Virus record (IMG/VR): IMGVR_UViG_3300032050_000036
Location: 1-64,000 of that record
DNA: 64,000 bases
Source of the DNA: a virus
Direction: 5' to 3' (one strand)
Shown here: positions 47,186 through 56,468 of the stretch, in pieces
Layout of the letters: every line of letters starts with the position of its first letter
Numbering within the stretch: the first letter of the stretch is position 1
Notes under the pieces: model-generated
Seen by the model: only the letters and a program-made list of their open reading frames with translations
Databases searched by the model: none
What the model was told of the DNA's origin: nothing
Made by a program: the position numbers and the translations under genes

Positions 47186-48007
47186 ATGGTTAATTTTAGA
47201 AATACTACATTTGCAATGCTAGAGAATCATCCAGATCAATCATCTATTGACTGGAAGTTTTGTACAAGAGACAACTATCTTAAGTTTGAGGAAATATTTC
47301 GTAAAAATGTGCTCTTCTTTGATCCATTTTTAGTAGAAGGGTTTTTTGAAAAACCTGACTTTGAAGAATTAAAAGGTATCTTAGAATCAAAAGATGTGCG
47401 TGAAATTGCTTATACTAAGCAAATGAATAAATGGGAAGATGCGGTTGAAATCCCTCAATATTTTTTTGATAAGGCGATTAAACGTACACAAGACCTTCTA
47501 GGCACCAACGATGTAGAGTTAGGATATTATCTATATGCTCATCATCAAATTACTGCTGAAGGACGCAAGCCATTCCTACAGGTTCATCTAGACTGGTCTC
47601 CAGGCTGCTACATGGTTGATCTTCATATCGGTGGTAATCGTGATTGGGGCTTTGTTGCTCACGATAAAGAGTTTATTACCAAGCCAAACGATGCAATTAT
47701 TGTACAGCCAGAACTAGACTTTCATTATCGTCCAGCATGGAATTCAGACGATCCAAATGAAAACTACAAAGTTTTATTTTTCCATCTTGTTCGTAAAGAT
47801 CATTGGAAAAATTTATATGGAGATGGCTTTATTAAAGATGCAGACTTCTTAGCATTTCAGAATCAGAGATTGCATATATGGCAAGAACTTTATGTTAATC
47901 ATGTAATATCAGTTCCTGGTCTACCAGCCCCAGTATTTAGTTCTGATGATGACTTAACAGAAGATGATAAAAGAATTTTTAATGTAGAAAAAAGGGTGGA
48001 AATGTAA
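47186..48007 (+). CDS. 2OG-Fe(II) oxygenase (same subtype as 31057)
   Basis: LQVHLD...DWGF...PNDAII...FHYRP...VLFFH. Confidence 0.7.
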   Translation: MVNFRNTTFAMLENHPDQSSIDWKFCTRDNYLKFEEIFRKNVLFFDPFLVEGFFEKPDFEELKGILESKDVREIAYTKQMNKWEDAVEIPQYFFDKAIKRTQDLLGTNDVELGYYLYAHHQITAEGRKPFLQVHLDWSPGCYMVDLHIGGNRDWGFVAHDKEFITKPNDAIIVQPELDFHYRPAWNSDDPNENYKVLFFHLVRKDHWKNLYGDGFIKDADFLAFQNQRLHIWQELYVNHVISVPGLPAPVFSSDDDLTEDDKRIFNVEKRVEM

Positions 48008-48684
48008 TGTTTACTTATGAAAAACTAGGAGATGGATTAATATATTATAAAAATATAATGCAGGATCCATATAAAATAATTGAAGATATAGAATTACTAA
48101 ATAACAAAGTTATTGAAGACTTAGAGAACAGGGTTGCTGGAGCAGAAGAAAGTTCTGCAAAGCCTTGGCATAATTGGGATCATGATCAGGACGATATGCA
48201 TTTACATTTTTGTAAACAAAGATGGCTACCAAGATCAGAAGATATGTCAAAAGATGATATTTATTATCAAGAACACTCCTCTATATCAGATAGATTATTT
48301 TTAGCATTAGACACAAGTTTTGAGCATTACTCAAAAGAACTATATCCTTATGCCTCAAGAAATATAAAAGGCAAAGAAGATAGAATGAGTATTTTAAAAT
48401 ATGAAAAAGCAGGGTATTTGCCTGCACACACAGACCATGGCTCAAGTAGCAGAACACTTTCTGTTGTTTTATATTTAAACGATAACTATGACGGAGGAGA
48501 GATAACATTTCCTCAAGTAGGAAACGGAGTAAAAATAAAGCCAGAGGCTGGAAGTGCAATATTTTTCCCATCAAATTATGTTTTTGTACATGAAGTTTCA
48601 GAGGTTTCAAATGGTATCAGATATGCTTTGCCTAACTGGTATCATAATATGATTAATAAAATATATACGGACGGTACAGAATGA
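48007..48684 (+). CDS. 2OG-Fe(II) oxygenase, prolyl-4-hydroxylase-like
   Basis: ILKYE..GYLPAHTD...SVVLYLNDNYDGGEITF...KPEAGSAIFFPSNY..VHEV..V..G.RY. Confidence 0.9.
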   Translation: MFTYEKLGDGLIYYKNIMQDPYKIIEDIELLNNKVIEDLENRVAGAEESSAKPWHNWDHDQDDMHLHFCKQRWLPRSEDMSKDDIYYQEHSSISDRLFLALDTSFEHYSKELYPYASRNIKGKEDRMSILKYEKAGYLPAHTDHGSSSRTLSVVLYLNDNYDGGEITFPQVGNGVKIKPEAGSAIFFPSNYVFVHEVSEVSNGIRYALPNWYHNMINKIYTDGTE

Positions 48685-48860
48685 TTCCAGATGAAAAAGA
48701 ATATACTAGATTATTAAATGAACTTAATTTTATGTATATAAAATATCAAGAGTTATGTGCAGCATATAAAAAATTAGCGCTTGGCAAACTTGGAGATACT
48801 ACAACACATGATCAAAGTCATATGAACTTTGAAGATGAAGGAGAAAATAGATATGTCTGA
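48681..48860 (+). CDS. Hypothetical protein (59 aa, not in the ORF track)
   Basis: ATGA overlap with the previous gene; MIPDEKEYTRLLNELN... Confidence 0.6.
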   Translation: MIPDEKEYTRLLNELNFMYIKYQELCAAYKKLALGKLGDTTTHDQSHMNFEDEGENRYV

Positions 48861-49074
48861 ATCAAGAAAAAGAAGTTTACTTAAAACTTTAAGTTGGGAA
48901 ACCTTTCATTTAATTGGTGTTGCTGGTGTATTGGCAGTAGGGGTATACATAGCCACTGGTGAATGGGAATACGAATATGCCGCTTTCGGAGCACTTGTAT
49001 ATATTGCTTGGGAAGCCCTGGGATATTTTCTTCATGAAAGAGTTTGGGATAAATTTGGTAAGAGGGTAAAGTGA
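48853..49074 (+). CDS. DUF2061-like membrane protein
   Basis: ESRKRSLLKTLSW...YFLHERVW; AAGGAG RBS. Confidence 0.75.
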   Translation: MSESRKRSLLKTLSWETFHLIGVAGVLAVGVYIATGEWEYEYAAFGALVYIAWEALGYFLHERVWDKFGKRVK

Positions 49075-49184
49075 TGAGAATTAAAATTATTAAGTTTGTT
49101 GTAAAGTTTTTAGGCTATGAATGGTCTGGAGATAACGTAAATCTTCCAGTATGGCAGGTAAAGGCAAAGAAAAAGAATAAATAA
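49074..49184 (+). CDS. Small basic hypothetical protein (36 aa)
   Basis: TGATG and TAATG overlaps on both sides. Confidence 0.55.
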   Translation: MRIKIIKFVVKFLGYEWSGDNVNLPVWQVKAKKKNK

Positions 49185-49369
49185 TGCCTTCATACGAATA
49201 TGACTGCATGGCCTGTGCTATTCGATATACCAAAATTAGAAGTATGTCAGAAAATGATCCAGGGTATAAATGTGATACTTGCAATCAGATGCTAGTTCGT
49301 GTATACTCTAATGTAGGAGTTACTTTCAATGGCTCTGGATTCTATAAAACTGATAATAGAAAGGTATAA
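49184..49369 (+). CDS. FmdB-family zinc ribbon protein
   Basis: MPSYEYDC..C...C..C...RVYS....FNGSGFYKTD. Confidence 0.85.
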   Translation: MPSYEYDCMACAIRYTKIRSMSENDPGYKCDTCNQMLVRVYSNVGVTFNGSGFYKTDNRKV

Positions 49370-49370
49370 T

Positions 49371-49628
49371 ATGTTTAGTATGCTAAAGAACAAAGAAGAG
49401 CAAAAGGTATGGCTTCTTGATGCTACAGATCGCTGTGACCGTTGTGGCGCACAGGCTTATGTAAAGGTAATTGGAAAAAATGGATCAGACTTGCTATTTT
49501 GCGGACACCATTATAATAAGGCAATGGATAACGCAATTGGATATGACAGTATGATGAAGTTTGCCATAGAAATTGTAGACGAAAGAGAACGTCTAATAGA
49601 AAATAAATTAGTAGGTAGTGAAAATTAA
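49371..49628 (+). CDS. Actinobacterial-type small zinc-binding protein
   Basis: DRCDRCGAQAY...LLFCGHH...DER; start moved to ATG 49371. Confidence 0.7.
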   Translation: MFSMLKNKEEQKVWLLDATDRCDRCGAQAYVKVIGKNGSDLLFCGHHYNKAMDNAIGYDSMMKFAIEIVDERERLIENKLVGSEN

Positions 49629-50047
49629 TGTATGAGTATAGAGTAAAAAACTTAACAAAAATTGTTGATGGCGATACAATCGATGTTGATATAGATCTTG
49701 GGTTTAACATATCATATTCTCAAAGAGTTCGTCTTGCTGGAATAGATACCCCAGAATCAAGAACGGCAGATAAAATTGAAAAAAATTTAGGTCTTGAGTC
49801 AAAAGAATATCTCAAAAACAAACTAAAGGATGCCAAAACAATAATAATTAAAACAGAAAAGCCAGACTCTTCGGAAAAGTATGGTCGTATTTTAGGTTGG
49901 ATTTATGCTGATGGAGACACGATTTCTATCAATGACCATATGATTGAAGACGGGTATGCTTGGGGATACTTGGGTGATACTAAGGTAAAAGATTTTGCTG
50001 CGCTTGCTGCACAAAGAGAAAAGGCTAAAAATGGAAGAAATAAGTGA
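49628..50047 (+). CDS. Thermonuclease (SNase-like)
   Basis: VDGDTID, RVRLAGIDTPE, KYGRILG, GYA. Confidence 0.9.
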   Translation: MYEYRVKNLTKIVDGDTIDVDIDLGFNISYSQRVRLAGIDTPESRTADKIEKNLGLESKEYLKNKLKDAKTIIIKTEKPDSSEKYGRILGWIYADGDTISINDHMIEDGYAWGYLGDTKVKDFAALAAQREKAKNGRNK

Positions 50048-50354
50048 TTTTGATAAACTTTTGTTATCTGGAGTAATTGAACCAGCAGCGCTTGATTCAA
50101 ATACTGGGGAAATGCTTTATACTTTTTCTAAAAATTTAGAAGAAACAAATCCAGCATTACATAAATTAGTTATTGATAATTTTTATAAAACTTCTATTAA
50201 ACTTTGGGAATTAGGATTTTTAAATATGGATATAACAAATAGCAATCCATTAGTAGCATTAACGCCTTTTGCATTCAATGAAAATAAAATTAACCAATTG
50301 GATGAAGATTTACAGTTTGCCCTATCAGAAATCAAAAGAGGTTTAAATCAATAG
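50031..50354 (+). CDS. Hypothetical protein
   Basis: Clean ORF; start moved to ATG 50031. Confidence 0.55.
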   Translation: MEEISDFDKLLLSGVIEPAALDSNTGEMLYTFSKNLEETNPALHKLVIDNFYKTSIKLWELGFLNMDITNSNPLVALTPFAFNENKINQLDEDLQFALSEIKRGLNQ

Positions 50355-50373
50355 GGGAGTATAATTAGTGGTT

Positions 50374-50802
50374 ATGGACTATCTAATTGGATTTTTTATA
50401 TGCATTTTTGTATTATATACTGTTGCAAAATTACAAATAAAATATAATATTTTAAAAGATCAAAAAGTTAAACCAATAAGGTATAGTCAAAGCCATGTGC
50501 ACTCTCTTGTATTTCCTTTATTGCCAAAACCAGAAAAAATAAAAAAAATAATTAAAAGTCAGGCCTCTATTATTGATAAACAAAATCATATAAAAGTTAT
50601 AATAATGGATAATAAAGCGTATTGGATTAAAGATAATACATTTTATACAGCAGAAATGTCAATAGATGGAACTGTAGATAAGGATAGTACAACAAGAGTT
50701 GACACGGATAGTATGAGTAAGGTACAATTAGATAAGATGTTGTTCATTGTAGATAAACTTCGAGAAGGGACTTTTGATGATAGTGGGAGTGCAGGGGACT
50801 AG
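50374..50802 (+). CDS. Membrane-anchored hypothetical protein
   Basis: N-terminal TM helix; TATAAT at 50360-50365. Confidence 0.6.
   Translation: MDYLIGFFICIFVLYTVAKLQIKYNILKDQKVKPIRYSQSHVHSLVFPLLPKPEKIKKIIKSQASIIDKQNHIKVIIMDNKAYWIKDNTFYTAEMSIDGTVDKDSTTRVDTDSMSKVQLDKMLFIVDKLREGTFDDSGSAGD
50699..50728 (+). promoter_or_regulatory. Sigma70-type promoter
   Basis: TTGACA-N18-TACAAT. Confidence 0.6.
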
Positions 50803-51127
50803 TAGTTTTGATGACTACCAGATCTTTCTTCGTGCTATTGGTGTTGCTCTTTCCAGTATAAGTAATCAGGATCCGTACTTTTATATATACACTGCTGGAC
50901 CAGCCAAGGTTAACTCTATGGTTATGGAGTTTGTAAACGTATCTGAGCGAAGCATGAAGTCACGTGGTCTTAAGATAAAGATGTATAAAGTTCCTCCATC
51001 ATGGATAGAGGAAAATATTTCTGACTTTAACTATTTAGCATTTCTTTCTAAACCGAAAGAGACAACATCTAGATTGGTTAAAGTGGCAGAAGAAAATAAT
51101 GTAGAAGTAGGAATATTTAGATACTAG
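50777..51127 (+). CDS. SLOG/YspA-like Rossmann-fold protein
   Basis: MIVGVQGTSSFDDY... N-terminal pattern and LAF...T..LV..A C-terminus. Confidence 0.5.
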   Translation: MIVGVQGTSSFDDYQIFLRAIGVALSSISNQDPYFYIYTAGPAKVNSMVMEFVNVSERSMKSRGLKIKMYKVPPSWIEENISDFNYLAFLSKPKETTSRLVKVAEENNVEVGIFRY

Positions 51128-51135
51128 GAGAAAAG

Positions 51136-51354
51136 ATGATAGTAAAAACATTAGAAGAGATGGAAAGCATAGTTTCAAATAATAAAAATTTATTTTGGGA
51201 CGGATGGACCGTAGTAAGTAGACATCAATCAAATAAAGCAAAATCTTCTAAAGATGGAATATATCTAAATAATAAATGGTATATATCTAAAAGATTTGAA
51301 CCGAATAGGGATGGATGGGACATACCAGAAAGACTTATCCATCAATATGCATAA
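51136..51354 (+). CDS. Hypothetical protein
   Basis: AGGAG RBS; LFWDGWTVV motif. Confidence 0.6.
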   Translation: MIVKTLEEMESIVSNNKNLFWDGWTVVSRHQSNKAKSSKDGIYLNNKWYISKRFEPNRDGWDIPERLIHQYA

Positions 51355-51628
51355 AAATAAATGGAAAGATAATGCGTTGTGTTTAGATTATGATACTAAT
51401 TTGTTTTTTGATAAATATGAAGAAGAGGTTTCATTTAGAGGTGCAATAGATAAGTTATGTCTTGAGTGTCCAGTTATAAAGACTTGCTTTGCAGTAGGAG
51501 TATCCGCTAAAGAGTGGGGTGTCTGGGGTGGTGTTTACTTGTCATCTGGAGAAGTCTCAAAAGAGTTTAATGAGCACAAAACAGAAGAAGTTTGGTCTGA
51601 TATATGGAAAAAAATGGTGATAGACTAA
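51347..51628 (+). CDS. whiB: WhiB-family Fe-S transcription factor
   Basis: W...ALC...LFF...CLECPV...C...WGVWGG. Confidence 0.92.
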   Translation: MHKNKWKDNALCLDYDTNLFFDKYEEEVSFRGAIDKLCLECPVIKTCFAVGVSAKEWGVWGGVYLSSGEVSKEFNEHKTEEVWSDIWKKMVID

Positions 51629-51632
51629 AAAT

Positions 51633-52997
51633 ATGGCAAAAATAATTATTTTTGATTTAGATGGGGTTTTAATAGATAGCAAAGATATTCACTATAACGC
51701 ACTAAATAAAGCATTATGTGATATTGATGCTAAATATAAAATATCTTTTGAGGATCATATTAAAATATATAATGGTTTGCCTACTAAAGAAAAACTAAAA
51801 ATACTTTCAGAAAAAACTAATTTAGATAAAAGTACATTTGATATTATTAATAAAAATAAACAAAGTTATACATTCGACATGCTTAACGATGTTTCTGAAG
51901 ATATAGAATTAATAGAGTTATTTAAATTAATTAAAAATAATAATATAAAAATATGTGTTGCTAGTAATAGTATAAGAAAAACAGTTGAACTAATTTTAAC
52001 TAAGTTAAATATTATTGATCTAGTAGATTATATTGTTAGTAATGAAGATGTAAAAAATCCAAAACCATCCCCCGAGATGTATTGGAAGTGCATGTCAGAA
52101 TTCAATACAATACCAAAAGATGTTGTTATATTTGAAGATAGCATAATTGGTAAAATTGCCGTTCTAGATAGTGGTGCCAGCCTTGTTGAGATTAAAGATA
52201 GAAAAGATCTAACCTTAGAAAAAATAAATAATGCTATAAATATTTTAAAATATTCCAAACATTCTGTCTTAAATAAAAAAATAAATATTGTAATACCAAT
52301 GGCTGGAAAAGGTAGCAGATTTTTAGATGCAGGTTTTTCATTTCCAAAACCATTAATAGATATAAATGGTATGCCAATGATAGAGTTAGTTGTAAATAAT
52401 ATTGCACTAGAAGGAAACTATATATTTATAGTAAGAAAAGATCATTATGAAAAATATAATTTGCTTGAAATGTTAACAAGAATTGTTCCCGATTGCAAAA
52501 TTATAACTGTTGACGAGGAGCAAAGCGGGGCAGCATCAACCTGCTTATATGCAAAAAATTACATAAATACAGAGGATCCGTTATTTATTATAAATTCTGA
52601 TCAATATATAGATTGGAATCCTAAAGAATTTTTATACAATAATGTAATAAAAAATTTAGACGGATCAATATTGTTGTTTAAGTCTACTCATCCAAAATGG
52701 TCTTATGCAAAATTAGATGAATTCGGCATGGTAGTAGAAGTTGCCGAAAAGGTAGTTATAAGTGACAATGCTACTGTCGGTGGATATTACTGGGGAAGTG
52801 GACACAATTTTGTTAAATACGCAGAACAAATGATAGAAAAAAATATTCGTGTAAATAATGAATTTTATGTGTGTCCAGTATACAATGAGGCAATAAAAGA
52901 TAACAAAAAAATTGGATCATATTTTATTAATAAAATGTATGGATTGGGCACACCAGAAGATTTAGAAAAGTTTATGAGGTTTTATAATAATGATTAA
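51633..52997 (+). CDS. HAD phosphatase fused to a BcbE-like sugar nucleotidyltransferase
   Basis: FDLDGVLID, SNS, KPSP, FEDS; then IPMAGKGSRF...PKPLI...NSDQ...VAEK...NEFYV...LGTPEDL. Confidence 0.85.
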   Translation: MAKIIIFDLDGVLIDSKDIHYNALNKALCDIDAKYKISFEDHIKIYNGLPTKEKLKILSEKTNLDKSTFDIINKNKQSYTFDMLNDVSEDIELIELFKLIKNNNIKICVASNSIRKTVELILTKLNIIDLVDYIVSNEDVKNPKPSPEMYWKCMSEFNTIPKDVVIFEDSIIGKIAVLDSGASLVEIKDRKDLTLEKINNAINILKYSKHSVLNKKINIVIPMAGKGSRFLDAGFSFPKPLIDINGMPMIELVVNNIALEGNYIFIVRKDHYEKYNLLEMLTRIVPDCKIITVDEEQSGAASTCLYAKNYINTEDPLFIINSDQYIDWNPKEFLYNNVIKNLDGSILLFKSTHPKWSYAKLDEFGMVVEVAEKVVISDNATVGGYYWGSGHNFVKYAEQMIEKNIRVNNEFYVCPVYNEAIKDNKKIGSYFINKMYGLGTPEDLEKFMRFYNND

Positions 52998-53430
52998 AAT
53001 ATCACATAGAGGAAATCTTTATGGTAAAAACACATCAAGGGAAAATTCTCCAGAATATATTATTGAGGCCATAAATGCTGGATATGACGTTGAAATAGAT
53101 TTTTGGGTTATAAATAATAAAATGTATTTGGGACATGACGAGCCTACATATGAAGTAGATATGTATTTTATAAATTCTTATATTAAAAAGTTATGGCTTC
53201 ATTGTAAAAATTTAGAAGCCTTAGACTTAGTTTTGTCAATGCCAAAATATTATAATGCGTTTTGGCATCAAGAAGATAATTTTACAATAACTACAAATCA
53301 TTTTATATGGACATATCCTGGAATGCCAGTTAAATCAAAAAGTATTTTAGTACACAAAGATATGCCGACCAAAAATATTCTAGATCAAGAGATGGCTGGC
53401 ATTTGTAGTGATTTTATAGGTAGGATATAA
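52990..53430 (+). CDS. Glycerophosphodiester-phosphodiesterase-like protein
   Basis: ISHRGN...EN...GYDVEID...LGHD...HCKN...GICSD. Confidence 0.75.
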   Translation: MIKISHRGNLYGKNTSRENSPEYIIEAINAGYDVEIDFWVINNKMYLGHDEPTYEVDMYFINSYIKKLWLHCKNLEALDLVLSMPKYYNAFWHQEDNFTITTNHFIWTYPGMPVKSKSILVHKDMPTKNILDQEMAGICSDFIGRI

Positions 53431-53431
53431 A

Positions 53432-54022
53432 ATGGAAAATAGAATATTATATGGACATAAAACTCAGCCAAAATTATTAGAAAATTTTAATTTTAAATAT
53501 ATAAAAAATTTTGATATTTTTAAAATTAAAAACGAAATATTATTATTTGATAAAGAGTGGAATGAAGACTCCTCTAGACAAGAAAAATATGCTGCTCATT
53601 CTAAAACATTTTCTTATTTTTGTTATGATTATTCAGAGTTTTCTCAACAAGATGAAGCATATACACTACAAACCAAAACAACAAATGATAAAGTATTGGA
53701 ACTAGTAGAGCCTATCATTAAAGATTTGGAAGAAATTCATAAAGGTAAAAGAGGAAAAGTTCTTTTTATAAAATTGCCGTCTCGGTGCGAAATTAATATA
53801 CACAGAGATAGAGGATATTATTTAGGAATAATAAGAAGGCATCATATACCAATAATAACCAACAATGAATGTATTTTTGAGGTTAACTGTGATATGCTTA
53901 ATATGTTGGAGGGAGAGTGTTGGGAAATAAATAATTCAAAATATCATTATGTTAACAATAATGGTGAAACAGATAGAGTTCATCTAATGATAGATATTAT
54001 TCCTAACAAATTTATAAAATGA
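53432..54022 (+). CDS. 2OG-Fe(II) oxygenase, aspartyl/asparaginyl beta-hydroxylase-like
   Basis: IHRD...RHHIPIITN...GECWEINNSKYHYVNN.G.TDRVHLMID. Confidence 0.85.
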   Translation: MENRILYGHKTQPKLLENFNFKYIKNFDIFKIKNEILLFDKEWNEDSSRQEKYAAHSKTFSYFCYDYSEFSQQDEAYTLQTKTTNDKVLELVEPIIKDLEEIHKGKRGKVLFIKLPSRCEINIHRDRGYYLGIIRRHHIPIITNNECIFEVNCDMLNMLEGECWEINNSKYHYVNNNGETDRVHLMIDIIPNKFIK

Positions 54023-54780
54023 TAATACAAATTATAGGGCTTCCTGGCTCTGGTAAAACAGAATTAGCAAAAGCATTAAAAGAACGTATAAATGCCATCC
54101 ATCTTAATGCAGATGAAGTTCGTGCTACAGTAAATTCTGATCTTGGATTTAGCCATGAAGATAGAATTGAACAAGCAAGACGAATGGGTGAAATGGCTCG
54201 CCTGATATCAAAACAGGGAGTTGCTCCCGTTGTTGTAGATTTTGTTTGCCCTACAGAATTAACTCGTGCAGCGTTTGGTAGACCAGACATTTTGATCTAC
54301 ATGGAAACAATTGACGAAGGTAGATTTGAAGATACTAATAAAATGTTTGAAACCCCAAGTGATTTTGATATGGCTTTTATCAGTCATGAATGGAATGCAA
54401 ACGAAAAAGCAACAGTAATAATTAAACAGTTTAACTTACATGATTGGTCTGCGCCCACAACACTAATGCTAGGCAGGTATCAACCATGGCACGAAGGTCA
54501 CCATGCATTGTATAAAGAGGCGGGGAAGCGAACAGATCAGGTACTTCTTGGAGTACGTAATACATACAATACAAGCGAAAAAGACCCACTAACATTTGAT
54601 CAGGTAAAGAATTATATCTCAAAGGATGAATTCATGGATGGTGCGATGGTATTAAGGCTGCCTAATATTACAAACATTGTTTATGGTCGTGATGTTGGAT
54701 ATAAGATTGAGCAAGTAGATTTGGGGGCAGAGATTCATGCTATATCGGCTACGCAAAAACGTAAAGAAATGGGTATCTAA
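54019..54780 (+). CDS. cysC: Adenylyl-sulfate kinase-like domain fused to an HxGH nucleotidyltransferase domain
   Basis: GLPGSGKT, NADEVR...DLGFS.EDR, FVCP; GRYQPWHEGH ... ISATQKR. Confidence 0.75.
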   Translation: MIIQIIGLPGSGKTELAKALKERINAIHLNADEVRATVNSDLGFSHEDRIEQARRMGEMARLISKQGVAPVVVDFVCPTELTRAAFGRPDILIYMETIDEGRFEDTNKMFETPSDFDMAFISHEWNANEKATVIIKQFNLHDWSAPTTLMLGRYQPWHEGHHALYKEAGKRTDQVLLGVRNTYNTSEKDPLTFDQVKNYISKDEFMDGAMVLRLPNITNIVYGRDVGYKIEQVDLGAEIHAISATQKRKEMGI

Positions 54781-54825
54781 GTTGTGGGACTGGTTTACTA
54801 AACCAAATAATATGGAGTGGCCATC

Positions 54826-55029
54826 ATGAATGTATCCAAACAAAGATCAGCACTAAAGGCCATTACTTGGCGGATTATTGGAACAGCAGATACTTTTTTA
54901 TTGTCATGGCTAATAACAAAGGAACCAGTTACTGCTGGAGCAATCGCTAGTCTTGAAGTTATTACTAAGACTATTCTTTATTACTTGCATGAACGTGGAT
55001 GGAATAAAATACAGTGGGGTAGAAAATAA
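54826..55029 (+). CDS. DUF2061-like membrane protein
   Basis: RSALKAITWRIIGT.DT...E...K..LYYLHERGW..IQWG. Confidence 0.8.
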   Translation: MNVSKQRSALKAITWRIIGTADTFLLSWLITKEPVTAGAIASLEVITKTILYYLHERGWNKIQWGRK

Positions 55030-55265
55030 TGTATACACAAGAGATGGCTCGTGCTTTCAGATCTTTAGATCATTTTTGCCCTAAAGGATTTAAATTAACT
55101 ATTATAGATAATGATAATTTTATTACAGTAAAGGCTGCTGAAAAAGATTTCGTTTCGCTACTTGACAGAGATAAGAGACTTGCTGTAGAATATATGATAA
55201 GGGTTAAAAAGGCTTTAGAAGATAATGGAGCCATAGTTTTATTAACTAGGGAAGGTGGATCATAA
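55029..55265 (+). CDS. Hypothetical protein
   Basis: TAATG overlap; clean ORF. Confidence 0.6.
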   Translation: MYTQEMARAFRSLDHFCPKGFKLTIIDNDNFITVKAAEKDFVSLLDRDKRLAVEYMIRVKKALEDNGAIVLLTREGGS

Positions 55266-55279
55266 AACCTAAACTTATA

Positions 55280-55396
55280 ATGCCTTTAATCGCATTTCTT
55301 GCGCTTGTGGCAACAATATCATTTTGGATTAAACAGTTGACAAAAATTGAAGACTTTGATATATTTGGAGATATAGAAGACGAGGAAGATCTATAA
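55280..55396 (+). CDS. Small single-TM protein with acidic tail (38 aa)
   Basis: MPLIAFLALVATISFWIK...DIEDEEDL; TAATG overlap with the next gene. Confidence 0.5.
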   Translation: MPLIAFLALVATISFWIKQLTKIEDFDIFGDIEDEEDL

Positions 55397-55893
55397 TGCA
55401 AACATTTTTACCACAATCGGATTATCGTGTATCTGCTGCTATTTTAGATAGTAAGCGTTTAAATAAGCAAATCTTAGAATGTTATCAAATTCTCAATGTG
55501 CTATCTGGTAAATCTCCTACTGGTGGTTGGCGTAATCATCCAGCAGTTCTGATGTGGAAAGGATTTGAGCGAGGACTTTGGAACTATGTTCAGGCTATGA
55601 TTTTAGAAGCCAAACGCCGTGGTATTAAAACAGAAAATAACGAAATTAATCTTAATAAATTAAAAGACTTATGCTGGGATAATTGGGGCAATCAAATACC
55701 TAATTATTTTCAAGATGAAAATAAGTTAATTCGTATTATAACTACTCATCGTGCTAATTTATTTAATAAAGATCCACTGTATTACGCATCATTTCAATAT
55801 GCTACAACTAGTTTAAACAATTTGCCATGCTGTCCTAATCGTAAAGAACCATGCAAGTATTATTGGCCAACACACGAGGCATCTTATGCTTGA
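55396..55893 (+). CDS. Pyrimidine-dimer DNA glycosylase / endonuclease V-like (MSMEG_6728-like)
   Basis: MQTFLP...LDSKRLNKQILE..QIL...GWRNHPAVLMW.G...HRANL..KDP..Y...YYWP. Confidence 0.85.
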   Translation: MQTFLPQSDYRVSAAILDSKRLNKQILECYQILNVLSGKSPTGGWRNHPAVLMWKGFERGLWNYVQAMILEAKRRGIKTENNEINLNKLKDLCWDNWGNQIPNYFQDENKLIRIITTHRANLFNKDPLYYASFQYATTSLNNLPCCPNRKEPCKYYWPTHEASYA

Positions 55894-56293
55894 TTTGCTA
55901 ATTTTTATATTGGTTGTTTTAGTAATTACTGGTATTTTAATAGAAAACATTAGGATAAAAAATAATAACAGAGAATTATTATTTTCATTGACACAATTAA
56001 GCCTAGACAATGATGCAATAAAGAAAAAAATAACATCATCAGAAGATGTTGAAAAGGATCATCTTATAAAGTTTTTATCTGAAACTAGAGAAGATTCATA
56101 TCAATTTATAGAAAAGTTTCAACAAGAACTTAAAAATTTTAAAAAAGAATTACATCCGCATGTTGCATACTATAATGAATTTGGAATTCTTTCGGAACAG
56201 TATGATATTTATTCTAGCATGTCTAAAAAATTTGTTGAATATTATGAAAAATTATTAAAGTTTTTACCAGAAGAAAAAAATAATGGACGCTAG
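55886..56293 (+). CDS. Membrane-anchored coiled-coil protein
   Basis: N-terminal TM helix followed by a helical region. Confidence 0.6.
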   Translation: MLDLLIFILVVLVITGILIENIRIKNNNRELLFSLTQLSLDNDAIKKKITSSEDVEKDHLIKFLSETREDSYQFIEKFQQELKNFKKELHPHVAYYNEFGILSEQYDIYSSMSKKFVEYYEKLLKFLPEEKNNGR

Positions 56294-56468
56294 AGGAATA
56301 CCAACATGCTCTTGTCCTCAATGTGGTTGTCCATATTTTAAGGCTGTAATTCAGTTCGATCCTACAGATTATGAGATAGGATTATATTTTTTGGACGGGG
56401 AATGTAAAGATTGTGGAACATTGGTAACACTACCAACTCCAATAGACAAGATAAAGGAAAAGGAATAA
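56283..56468 (+). CDS. Small zinc-ribbon protein
   Basis: RGIPT..CPQCG...CKDCGTLVTLPTP. Confidence 0.7.
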   Translation: MDARGIPTCSCPQCGCPYFKAVIQFDPTDYEIGLYFLDGECKDCGTLVTLPTPIDKIKEKE

